Source: Camelus dromedarius
Taxonomy: Eukaryota
Length of the DNA stretch: 64,000 nucleotides
Assembly (NCBI RefSeq): GCF_036321535.1
Contig: NC_087436.1
Coordinates: forward strand, 122,762,001 to 122,826,000
Direction: 5' to 3'
Below are positions 25,896-37,800 of the stretch, one piece after another. A model generated the notes under the pieces. It saw only the letters and a list, made by a program, of their open reading frames with translations, ran no database searches and was not told where the DNA came from. A program made the position numbers and the translations under genes. Each line of letters opens with the position of its first letter. Within the stretch, counting starts at the first letter, position 1.

Positions 25896-26219
25896 AAAGA
25901 ATTCACCAGCAAAGATTCCTGACGTATCTTGACACCCAGATTTAAAAAGCACGGTTTTAAAGATCATCTGTACTTTGTGAGAAGTGCTAAATATTCTTTA
26001 TTTGATGTTGTACATAAACCAGAGTAAAATGCCTTTCATTAAGCAGAAGGCAATATTTTAGATACCAAGAATTTTGATTAAGCTGGCATAGTCAAGACCA
26101 AAAAGATAAAGTGGACATTGTCAGTTTCTTAACAGGCTGATGAGCACAACTTGAAACACAGGTGAATCCTGCCCTGTCTATGAGACAGGGGAGGGGTCTT
26201 CTCAGAATTTAAGTATATT

Positions 26220-26770
26220 GATACAACCAGTTATAGAAATCTAAATATAAAACCAATCTCCTATGGATTTATCAGTAATTCCTCTAAATATAAGTGGATT
26301 GAACTCCACAGTGAAAAAAGGCAGCCAAAAAAGTGGAAACAACCCAAATGTCTACCAGCTGATGAATGGACTAGCAAAATGTGTACCCAGACAATGGCGT
26401 TGCATTCAGCCATAAAAAGAAATGGAAGTACCAGCACATGCTGCAGCGTGCATGAACCTTGAAAACATTATGCTGAACGAAAGCAGACACAAAAAGCTGC
26501 GTATTGTATGATTCAACATGTGTGAAATGTCTAGTATAGGCAGTTTCACAGAGATTAATCTGCAAAGTGGATTAATGCTTGTCTGGGTCTGAAGGGAGGG
26601 GGAGTTAAGTGCCTGCTGTGTGTAGGTGTAGGACTTCTTTTTGGGGTGATGAAAACGGTCTAGAATCACATGTGGTAATGGTTGCATGACGGTTATACTG
26701 GAAGCCACTGATTTGTCTACCTTAAAATGACTGAATTTTATGTTACATCACTTTAACCTCAATGAAAAAA
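26220..26770 (+). mobile_element. Old LINE-1 3' fragment (L1MB/MC-like)
   Basis: ggaaacaacccaaatgtctaccagctgatgaatgga...catgaaccttgaaaacattatgctga. Confidence 0.8.
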
Positions 26771-26774
26771 TATT

Positions 26775-27420
26775 TTGTTAGATTTTATCAAATATTTTTT
26801 CTGATATTTATTGTGATGATTCAATGAAAAAATTCCCTTGATTATACATGTGTGATAAATGTTAATACATTTAAGTCATCCTTACATTCCTGAAATAAAC
26901 CAAATTTGGTGTAATTATTATTTTGTGCATTTTATTGGGTTTGGCTTGATAATATCTTATTTGATAATTTTGTACTTCTGTTTCTAAATATAATTAATCT
27001 ATATTTAAAATTTTTTCCTGTAACATGATCTGCGTTGGCTCTCTCAATATTACCTGGGTAGCTTCCATACTTCATAATTATCTGAAACACTGTTAGAAGA
27101 TTTGGATTACCTGGTGTTTAAATATTTGATAGAACTTTTTTAAACCATCTGCATCTGGTTTTTTTGGATGGGGTAGATTTTACACTATGCTTTCATTTCT
27201 TTGTGATTATTGGATTTTGTGGATATTTTATTTTTTCTTGAGTGAGTTTTGATACGTTTAATTTTAGCAGAATATCGTATATTTTATTTAAGCTTTGAAT
27301 TTGTTGGCAAAAATTGGTTAGGATATTTCTTTTCATTTTAAAAGCCTGTTTTATCTGTGGTTACATCTCATTGTTCATTCCTAATATTGTTTAGGGAAGC
27401 CTTCTTTCCCCGTTTCTTCT
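26775..27420 (-). mobile_element. Ancient LINE-1 ORF2 fragment
   Basis: AT-rich; catccttacattcctgaaataaacc...tttgatagaac...aaaccatctg. Confidence 0.65.
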
Positions 27421-28529
27421 TCAGTCTTGCCACATTAGGACTTTCCTCTGTGGCTTTGCTCTCAAATGTCCAAGGTAGGTTCATTTTTTTTCCAGCCTTA
27501 CACTCAGGTATTCCCAAATCTGACAAGTCGTATCTTTCAGCTAGGAGGAGAATTCCCGGTGCCCTCCCTCTGCACACTGGGCCTCCCTCCCTCTCATGCG
27601 TGGAGGCCCCATAGGGTTCTGGACCTTCCGTGTGCCCTCTCCTCCACTGGCAAGCCCGGTGTTCAGCGGGGCCCCACCACTCCAGCCACAGTCAGCACCG
27701 TTCAGCGAGTGCTGTCCCCTGTCAGATGCCCCACTGGGCCCCCACTCGCACATTCCTCCCCGACCCCCTGCCCTATGATCCTCTTACTCCATCCACCCTC
27801 CACAGTCAACCGGGTCTCAGCTCGGCTCGCCCCTCGCGCTCTGCTGCCCCTGCTGGTGGCCCTCTCCCGCGTGTTTTGCACTTTCTGATTGTGAGCTCGT
27901 CTTTGCCGGTAGGAATTCGATGGGACTGGACGGGGAGTTTCTCGCTCCCAGTGGTCATATGTTTGCTTCTCTCCCGGGCCCCGTGGGTATGACTGGCATA
28001 GGCCCAGGTTGCTTGATGGTCTGTCTGCTGCAGGGCTGATGGGGTCTGGACTGGGACACCCGTGAAAATTAAACTCTAAGCTCCAGGGAGGCTCTGAGCC
28101 CTGGTCATCAACTCTCCCCAGAGCTGTGTCTGAGCAGGCCAGGAACACAAGCCTCCTTGTTCGTGTTCCTCCAAGGCTCTCGCCCTACGAGTGCCCTGTC
28201 TTACGGGCCAGCAAGGGTGTCAAGACTCACTCCCCGAGATGCTGAGGTCTCTTATCTGCAGCGCACAGTGTCACAGGTGACCTGTGCACACCTGGCAAAC
28301 TCAGTGCTGAGACCAACACCCTCCTGGCTGCTTCTGCTCTCACCCTGCCGGTTCTGGTTTCGCTCACACCCGGACTTCCTCATGTGCTCGGCTCCACGCT
28401 GAGAGCTTGCTGCTCCCATTCTCTCTTTGCAAGTTCACCAGCACAGGTAAGGCCAGCAGAAGTCTACTTGTGATTTATTTCTAAGGTCATTTTCTAGTCG
28501 TGTTTTCAGAACATTTGCCATTCACTCCC

Positions 28530-28975
28530 TGTTTTGGTTTTCTAGGAGCTGCTACATCAAAGCACCACAAACCAGGTGGCTCACATCACAGAAGTCTATT
28601 GTCCCCCAGTTCCAGAGCCAGAAGTCCAAGATCAAGGTGTCAGTGGGGAGGCTCCTCCTTGAGGCCTGAGGAGAAGCGGCCCCAGCCTCCCCGCTGCGCC
28701 AGGGGTTGCTGGAACTTTCGGTGCTCCTTGTCCTTCCTGCACACCAGCACCCCGTCTCTGCCTCCGTCTCCTTGTGGCCCTCCCCTGTACATCTGCCCTG
28801 ATATCTCTTTTCCTCTTCTTGTAAGGACATCAGTCATTATCAGCGCCCACCCTACCGACCTCATCTTGCTCATCTGCAGAGACCCTACCTCCAAATAAGG
28901 TCACATTGTGAGGTACTGGGTGTTGAGACCCCAACATACAAACCGGCAGGGTGGGGGCAATTCAATCCACAACAC
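28530..28975 (-). mobile_element. MaLR LTR (MLT1-type)
   Basis: ccacaaaccaggtggc...cagaagtccaagatcaaggtgtcag...cttgtaaggacatcagtcatt...ccaaataaggtcacatt. Confidence 0.85.
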
Positions 28976-30209
28976 TGTTATCAAAAACTCAGCAATTGAC
29001 TTGTAAGTTCCATGTGTCTGCTAAACTGACCAAATGTGACCTGTCTCAAGAGGAACTCTGGGTTGGCCGGGACATCTCCTGCCCAGATATCTGAGGTCAC
29101 GTCCCCGTGCTCACTAAGAGCGCCTTCTTCAAGAAGCAGGCAGACGTCTGTGTCCGGCGCGCGCCCAGCCACACCACCCTCGTCGGTCTCCCAGGGCCTG
29201 GTAGTGCCTCCGTGTTGGAGACCTCCCTGAAGGCAGACGGCGCCCTTTCCCTCATCCTGTGACGGAAACCCTGCGTGTTGCAGGAGTCAGAGCGGTGTGT
29301 GCCTCTTGTCATTCTTTGGGTGACAGACATTGTAGGTGCTCATCCATTTCGGCTTCAACGGGTGATCTTGCTCCCTGGCAGTCCTTGCCATGTGTCCTGC
29401 TGGCGGCCCAAGGCCGTCCTTTAGCCTCCCGCCCACAGTCCCCGGGCACTCTGGTCCTGCTCTCACAGGTGGGGAGGTGAGGCTGTGGCCTTACTGACCG
29501 ACAGACGTGATGCCTGGGGCTGGGCTGGGGCAGACGTGCTGACCCACAGCCGGGCACCAGAATCAGAGGTGCCCTGGGCCCATGGGGGCAGTAGATGCCA
29601 CGTCCTCGCTGGTCAGGACCAGTGCGAGAGGCACCAACTTGGAGGGGAGTGTTGCTGCCACACGTGGCCGGCACAGATATTTAAGTTGAATTCAGGGCCG
29701 CGGACTTGGGGCCCTATTAAGAAGCATCTGTTTACAAATGTTTTTCCGTGGTTCTCTGTGGAGGTGGCCTCTCCCAGCCCTAAATTGTCCCCTGGGGCTG
29801 TGGCTTTCCCGCCTCCTATGCCCAGACATGTGGCAGGACCAGGCACAGGAGAAGGGAAGCAGGGCCCAGGCTGCCGGCACACACGCAGGCACGCACCCGC
29901 ACGTGTACACACATGGCACACACATACACATGTGCACGTTTGCATACACGCACATGCTGACGGCATCTGCTCGTCTTGGGCCAGAAGGCGGGACAGAGGT
30001 CAGAGAGGCGGGCAGGGGAGCCGGGAGCAGAGCCATGCTGCACAAAGCTGGGACACCTTCGTGCACGACGCGGTCACATCTGGGTCTTGGAACTGCAGCT
30101 CTGGTCACAAGTGTGGGGGGCAGGCAGAGCCCAGTGGTCATAACCCCAATGCGAGAAGGCTGTGCTCAGGGGCAGCAGGACAGGGCAAGCGGTGTCGGGG
30201 CCAAATAGG

Positions 30210-33100
30210 AGGCATGTGACAGCAGTGACAAGGCCTGCACAGGGAGGCTGCCGAGAGCAGAGCTGAGGGACGTGCGGGCCTCTGCCCACTTCATCTCTAG
30301 CTCAGTCTCTCGTGCCTGTGAAATTCCCTGGCTCCACTCCAGCTACAAAAGGAATTTGTTGATGAAAGGGATCCCAGAAAAAAGCTTTAATTCTGGCCTG
30401 GGATGGCTTGCTTCTAGGGACCCCCACGTGTTGGAGTCCGAAGTCAGATTCAGAGCGTGTGGCACACCGCGGCCCCGCCAACCCCTCCCTACCCCACCGC
30501 ACACCTGCAGCCCCTGAGCAGCTGGCCTCTCCCACTGTTGTTGGCTTTCTCCTGGGTTGCCAGGTGGGGTCCCTGCCCTGTGCTCCCCACCATCTCCGAC
30601 ACCCCTCTGGCAGCCAGGCAGAGAGCCCCAGCGCCTGGCCTGGCAAGCCCACGGAGCCGCCCACCTCCCCGGGCACTGCCCTCCATTCCAGGCTCCTGTA
30701 GGCTTTCGGGTTTACCGCTCCCTTTTCTGGAATACTATCTTCCCAGATCTCTGCAGGGCCACGCCTTCCCCACTAGGACTCAAGGCCTGTCCCCTCCTGC
30801 AGGACCCCCCCGAGCCCACCGTCAGCCCCGCCGCTCTCCTCTCTGCAGCCTGCACAGGCCCGGGCCGCCCGCGGTCTCAGGCACACTGGCCCTGGGGCAG
30901 GGAATGTGGAAGCGGCAGGCAGGCCCTGACATCCGCCAGGTCGTCAGAGCCACTTGATTCAACCCTGAGCTGGACCAAGGCCCACAGGAGAGACAGCTTT
31001 CCCTGGGGGCTCTGCACGCCCTTGGGGACCACTGAGCAAACGGAGAGCGAGTGTCCCACGGCAACAGATGAGAGTGGGAAATCATCCACGTCCACACATT
31101 GTTTTATAAATTATGCACAGTTATCTGGACAACGGGTCAGAATAACTGAAAGACAAAGGATCCTTTCTTGTCTACTGAGAGAAAAGTAAAACATTAACTT
31201 CTGGCCTTAGAAAAATTCTCGTGTTCCTTCAGAAGCCTGGGCTGCAGGGCCAACACCTCTAGTCTCCTCCTGAAAGGAGACGCACCCTTGGCCTTCCTGG
31301 GCTCTGGGCCGTCTTCCGCAGTCGGCGAAGTTAGGGAGGCAGGGCCGCGTTCCCAGGACAGACGCTGGGTGCAAACCTGGGTCCTGCTGAGGAGCGAAGG
31401 GATGGGGTCTCTCCAGGCCCCTTCTTTCGGCTGGCGAGGTCTCCAGGGAAGGGGCCTCAGGAGGGGGGTAGCAGAACCTGGCCAGGCAGGGTGGGTGGCT
31501 CTGTCCTGGGTCCAAGCCACACTGTGGCTGTGGCGGAGAGAGGGAGGGGCTTCTCTGGGCTTCCTCGTCCGCCCTGGTCCGCAGGCCCGTTCTCTGAAGG
31601 CAGTTTGGGGTTTTCAGGGCTATGTGCAAAGTTGTGGGGAGTAGGGGGGGCCATCAGGTGGCTGGACTAACCCCCAGGCCCTCTTCTTGAGGCAGGAGCC
31701 TGTGCCTGTCCTGACCAGGCAGAGGGCACAGGGGAGAAAGTGGCTTGGGAAGAGCTGGGGCACAGCAGAAACAGCAGGTGCAAAGGCCCGAGACAGAAGG
31801 GGCAGGTGGCGGCAGCCTGGCAGTCAGGCAGTGGCACCCAGCAGGATGGGAGGCTGGAGGGTGGTGCAGACTCTCCGGCTGCGGGAGGAGCCTGCATGTC
31901 CTCTGCAGTGCAGTGACAAGCCTTCCAGGGTTTGGAGCAGGGGACATGGAGTCTGATTTACGTTCGACCACTCACAGGGATGAAGTGATGCAGGTGGCCC
32001 GGCTCTGGGAGGGCTGTGAGGTGGAGGAAGCGGGTGTCAAGGGGCACCTTGGGCCTCAGCACTGGAGACGCCAAGACAGGACCAGAGGAGGTGGAGGAGC
32101 TGGTCCGGGCCATGTCAAGGATTCTGTCCCTGGACGACATTAAATGAGAAAACGAGAGGGCTGTGTGGGCAAGACAGGCGCCAGGTCTGGAATTCTTGTC
32201 TTTTCCGTATGACTCGTCTTGTGTCTGTGTTTAGGAGCGCTCTCCATGCGGTCTCCTGATTGCACACGTATGTCCCATGTCCTCCTTTCCCCCTCTAAGT
32301 TCTAATTAACCCGGTTGGGAGGTATTTTCACAGGTGAACGCCAAGTGAGAGTTTAAAAGCATTTGTTCTGCAAACAGACACCCAGTCCTCTATCATCCTT
32401 CATTGAATCCACCCGCACTCTAACGTTGATTTATGAATTTTAACAACCCACCGATAACAGGGCTGATTTCAGAATCGTCCACCTCGTTCCACCGAACTGC
32501 ACTAGCAGCACAGGGTCCGCTACTGCTTTTACTGACCAGCACAGCCACATGGCCAACTCCCCGTGGCCATCTGACAGCAGCCCAACTCCCTGGACATTCC
32601 AGCTCTTGGATCCCTGTCTCCCAGGGGTGGCCTCCACCCTTCCCCACAAAGGGACCACGTCGCCCTGGGGACCTGGCTAACCTACCCTGGAGAGCCCCCG
32701 TGGCCCTTGAGTGCCAGGTCCCCTCTGGACTTCTGGAACTCAGCACGGGTGCTCTCTTCGGGGCTGGGGTGGTGGCCAGACAGACATCCACTTCAGCCAC
32801 ACCTCCCAGGGACCCCCTCCACCAGGCCAGGCCCAGGGACATCCCTTGCTGCTGGCTTCGGGAAGCTGGTTCCGAGGCCACCCAGCCTCGCACCCAGGCC
32901 AGGCACGTCCCCTCCTCCGTCCCTGGAAGCCAAGCATAAGGCCGAGTTTTCCCAGAGAAACCCTCGGAGGGTCTGCGCAACTGCCTCCCACGATCTTGCG
33001 GGCGACCGGACCCAAACCACCGGACATTTAAACGACCGGCGCCCAGGAGCGTGTTTGCTCGGCTGCTGGCGGGTAGGTGCGGGATGGGAGAGGCCCCGAA
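30210..33100 (-). ncRNA. Probable orthologue of the divergent lncRNA CTBP1-DT (boundaries uncertain)
   Basis: Lies head-to-head with CTBP1; minus-strand peptide fragments at 30215-30385 resemble the recalled human DDUP/C4orf42 C-terminus. No transcript evidence is available from sequence alone. Confidence 0.4.
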
Positions 33101-34800
33101 GGTGCGGGTGAAGGGCAGGTTGAGCCCAGCAGTCAAGGCCCAGTGGGTTTGAGATAGGTGGGGCCCAGCAGGTGCGGGGCAGGTGCATGTCGGGACAGTT
33201 GCGTGTGCGTGGGCGGGCGGGTGGGGCCTGGCAGGTGCGGTACCAGTTCTTGTGCCGGCAGGTGCGTGTGCATCCGCGGGGCATGAAGGGCCTGGCCTGT
33301 TTGGGGCAGGTGCATGTGCTGGAAGGTGGGGCCTTGCGGGTTCTCAGCAAGTGCGCGTGCCGGAGCGGGCAGGAAGGGGCCGCTGTTGTGTGCGGCAGGA
33401 GCGGCCTGCGGGGGCGGGGGAGCCGGGCGGGGCGGGCGGGCGCGGCCTGCAGCCGCCCGCGTGGTCCTGCGCGAAGCCCGCGCCTGGAAACAGAAGGCCG
33501 CCGCGCCGGAAGCCCCGCCCGCGCGCGCGCCCTGTCCCCGCCCGGTGGAGCGGCTGCTGGCGCGGCGCGGCGGCTCGGCACGGCGGCGCCCGGGCGCAGG
33601 CGAGCGGGTGGAGCAGCGGACGGCGCCCAGGCCGCCTCACGCGCCGGGCTCGCGGCGGAGCGCGCCGGACTTGTCGGGGCCCGCGGCCGCCCGCGCCTTT
33701 CAATGGGCAGCTCGCACTTGCTCAACAAGGGCCTGCCGCTCGGTAAGGCCGCGCGCGCGCATTTCCGGCCGCGGGGGCGGGGCGGGGCGGGGCGGGGCCG
33801 CGGGGGCGGGAGGGGGCGCCGGCTTTGTGTGCGAGTGCGCGTGCGCGCCGGCGACCGCGCGCCGAAGGTCGGGCCCGGGGCGGGACCACAGGAGCGCCGT
33901 GCGCGTGCGCGTTCAGCTGCGTGCCAGTGCGCCTGCGCCGCCGCGCCGCCGCCCCGCCCGCCCGCGCAGGTGACACAAAGGGGCTCGGGGACCCCCGGAC
34001 TCCCACACCCGGGACCCCAGGCGCGGTGTGCATGTCCCGCCGGCCCCTCCGCCTTGCGGCTCGGCCCCAGTTGGCGGGGCCTGGCAAGGAGGCCGGCGCG
34101 CCGGTGACCTCGCGTCCTTCGGGGCCGGCCCGCGGGCCGGGGGCACGTTGCGGGGGCCGCGGTCTCGGGCCCCAAGCACCGGCGCACGCCGCCCCTTCGC
34201 CGGCCCCGGCGCCCGGCCTCCCCGCAGGCTTGTGCGCCCTTTGCGCTCTGTACCCACTTTCAAAGTGTCTGAAGTGATGCGTCAGCGGCGGGGGGAGCCG
34301 TTCCTGCTCGCCGGGCAGAGGCGGCGGCAGGACACCCGCCCCCTTCGCTGATCCCATCGTGTTTCCACCTGAGTAATCGAGCAGGCGTGACCCTCTCGTT
34401 TGTTCCCGGGCACCTCGCTCCCGCCGTGTTTTGAAAAGTGTCAGAAGCAGGCACTCTCCGTGCCCGGGCAGCGCCGGGGTCCCGGAGCCTGGGCGGGTGG
34501 CAGGCCGGGCGGGGGCCCGGGGCGGTGTCGGTTTGCGGGCCGCTGTGCCCACCTGTCATGCCCGCCTCTCCTGCCACCTTTCCCAGGCCCGCGTTCCTCG
34601 CGGCTTCCGGCCACCAGGCTGGGGCCGCCTCGGGGCGCGGGCGGGGAGGCACCCTCAGCTTCCTCCCCCATGGCCCTACCCCTGGAGCCTGCAGACAGGG
34701 CCGCGGGCTCCCCAGGCCTGTGGAAGGAGGGGCTGCCGCCGCACCTGGACTGTGGGTTTGGGCGGCGCTTTCTCTGGCTGGTGCCTGAGGGGATGGAGGG
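32900..34800. promoter_or_regulatory. CpG-island promoter of CTBP1 (bidirectional with CTBP1-DT in human)
   Basis: Very high GC and CpG density around exon 1; GGGGC array at ~33773-33797; NRF1-type GCGC(G/C)TGCGC motifs at 33837, 33901 and 33929. Confidence 0.92.
33703..33742 (+). CDS. CTBP1: CTBP1 coding exon 1 (CtBP1-L N-terminus, MGSSHLLNKGLPL-G)
   Basis: ATG at 33703 inside the CpG island; donor G|gtaagg at 33743. Confidence 0.97.
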
Positions 34801-37800
34801 CACCCCCCTGGGCTTGCTGGGAGGACGACCTTTTTAAGCTGGTAGCGACTGGAGCTGGGAGCCTGGCCCAGGCAGCCCCTTCCTGGTGATGCTGTTCTCT
34901 GTGATTGGCCAGGGCAGCTTTGTCCTCTGGTTGTGGGGAGGGAGAACCGCCTGCTTTGGAGAAGAGGGCTGGGATGGGTTTTCTTCCGGGTACTCAGAAT
35001 TGAGCCATCAGGCAGGTGAGCCCCTTCATCAGCTCCAGCTTCCGGCGCGGCTGGAGAGATGGGCTGAGAATGGTGGCTCCCGGCGCGAGGACTGCAGGTG
35101 TTCTTACACCACTTAGCCCCGTCTTTCCCTTCGCCAGGACCCCCCTCTCCTTTGCAAGAGTGGGAACTGCATTTGTATAAAAGCAGACACAAGCGAACAC
35201 TCGGTAGAAAGCTGACCCCGGCAGTGTGGACGTTGGTGTGCCTGGAGCCGGTGCAGACCTGCCCTGTGTGTCAGTGCAGCACATCCACCTTTGCATAGGG
35301 CAGCGTCTCTGAGCCTCTGCAGGAGTGACCACAGCAGACAGAAGCACAGACCTGTCTCTAGGGGAACACAGACTGAGCCCTGACCAGCGCGCGGTCCTGG
35401 GCCCCTTATGTGACTTCTCTTTGTGTGTCTGCAAAGTGGGGATGGTGACGTGGAAAGAGGTGGAACCGCATGAGGGAGTGTGTGCCAGGGATAGGGATGG
35501 GGAGGGGGACAGTGTCAGGGCTAGGACCAGAGACAGGGATGGGAGTGGGTGGGGCAGCGCAGCACAGGGCCGGGGCCGATACCCCGCACCCCACAGCTGT
35601 GTGTGCTCTCAGTCATTGTCCTGGCTGCCCTGGATGTCAGCCTGGCCATGTGTGTGGTCTGGGGGGCCCGTTTCGACCGTAGACCTCTGGGGCATTGCGG
35701 AGGCTGACATCGTGGGTCCTGCTGGGCCTCGTGGAGAGGTGCTGGTGCTGCTCTGGGGCTGCGCTTCCTGTGGGGTCGTCGGTCAGCCCGTCAGTTCCCC
35801 CCAGCTCTTCTGTCAGGTTCTGTGCCACCTTCGGGCGCGTGCTTTGGTTGGGGCATCTCTACGCGGTCTTGGGAGGCTGGAGCTGCGTCAGGCCCGTGGG
35901 CAAGTCCTCCTGCCCTGCCTGCCGGCCCTCCCCTCTCATTCCAAGGAGTGGCTGGTGGCTGGGCTGCTGCCTGGACCACTTGACCTTCCTTTGTCCTGGC
36001 TGTGTTCTGGGTTCCCCTTCTGGCCTCTTCAGCCTGAGGACACCCGGGAGGGGGTCTGGGGGTTGGGGGCTGGGGCTGGTCCCTCCTGCCCTGTCAAGGG
36101 TTCCATCCTGCGGGCAGCTCAGCCTCACGCCTGGGGAGGCTGGACCCAACCCTGTGCACGTCCGTGTGAAGGTGTGATTCTCTAGCGAGCTGTTCCACGG
36201 TAGGTGTTAAATGCTTCCCAGAGGGCCTCAGCCCCAGCTGAACTCCTCTTTGTGGGAGCAGGGCCCTTGGGTTCGGCCATGGGTGGCCTTTGGGCAGCTG
36301 GCTGCAAGCAGGCCTTAGGCCTGCGCTGGGGCTTTTCTTTGCGATGACGTGTCACCTGCCCCCAAGCGTCCTGTGTCAGAGCCCTGGGGTATTGCCAGTC
36401 AAGTGAGGGGAGGGGGGAAGGCCGTGTGTTGCTAGAGCCCCTCCCTTGTGCCTGCACATGGCTTTGGCTCCCTGATGTGGAGGTCCTGGGCAGAGGTGGC
36501 TGTCTGAGGTTTTTTTTAATCCTGCAGTAAGTTTCCCCAGCTGGTCCTGTTGGAGGCCCATGCCAGGCTGGGTCCTGGCCTTGCTTTGCGGGAGGCCTGC
36601 TCAAAGCCCTGGGTGGCCCCATCCAGCCCTACACCTTGATCCGTTTGGGTGGGAGGGTGATCCGAGCCGTGCTTTCCTCCACCCCTAGACGGCAGGTCAC
36701 AGCCTGGACCTTTCCTCCAGAAGCTCAGCTGCGGGCCGAGTGCTTCTACGGGGCCCTCCCAGGTCTGCCCTGAGGGCCTGCCATGCAAGGGTCTTGAGTG
36801 CCTGTCATGCGGGAGTGGGGAGGCTCAGCGCTGCTGAGTTGTTACCGCCTGTGCTGCCTCTGGGAGGTGGTCCCTCCTGGCCCCATCAGCCCTGAGCCCG
36901 GCCACAGACTGGCCAGGGGCTCTAGAGCCTGGAATGGCTTGGAAGAAATCCCGACAAGCCTGCTGGTGGGGTTGGCACCCCGGCCCTAAGGGGAGCCTTT
37001 GTGGACCCTCCCAACTGTGGACCGCGTCCTGTAGGAGGCAGGCCCAGTGCCCTTGGCACATTGGTCAGGCCGTGCGTCTGTCTCTGAGGCTGTGTCTCCA
37101 GTGGGCTGGCCGTTGACTCCAGGTCTTTCCAACCCTCCGACTTCTGCATCCAGCTGTGAGGTCAGGCCTTGGAGGGGGCTCTCCACAGGGGTCTCCTTGG
37201 AGCGGCCGTGAGACATCCCTCCTAGAAGCAGGAAGGTCATGTACTCTAAGTCATGGGGTGCTTCTTGATGAGCCACGTTCTTTCCATGAGGACTCTCCAG
37301 GTTGTAAAGCCCGCGGGGCCCATGCATACATGTGGGCATGAGCTGAGCAAAAGAGGTAAAAGGTGGACTCGCGTGCGGAAGGGTCTTGGTGCCACGTCCA
37401 CTGGTTTTGTACCCTTTATGTGCAGCACGTGTTGGGACGCCTTTTTGATTCTGATGAATCAGTAGGCCAGCGCATCGTCCCATGCAGGTTTACTGGCCTT
37501 GGCGCCTGGCCTGTGGGCCGGCCTCGCCCAGTGCCAGGATGGGGCTGTGCGGGGGGCGGGCTGCAGAGGGACGCTCTGAGACGGGGCCAGGGTTTGGGAA
37601 TGCAGGGGCCCCTGTCTCGGGAGGTGGCTCTCAGGAGGGTGTGATGGGGTCAAGCCATGGGTCAGGGAGGGGCCGGTGTCACTGGGAAGGGTGGTGAGGG
37701 AGCAGCCGTGCCTAGGGGTGTGCGGCGTGGGGTGGGCTCTGGCTGCAGTACCGGGGGCCGCTGTGTTTGGGCCGGGTGCCAGGTGGAGAGAGGGGAGCAC

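Noticed and set aside
32793..34552. Long Arg/Pro/Ala-rich ORFs (464 aa minus, 311 aa plus, 276 aa minus) over the CTBP1 promoter
   Set aside because: Stop codons are rare in a CpG island; only 33703-33742 matches a known protein and has a splice donor.
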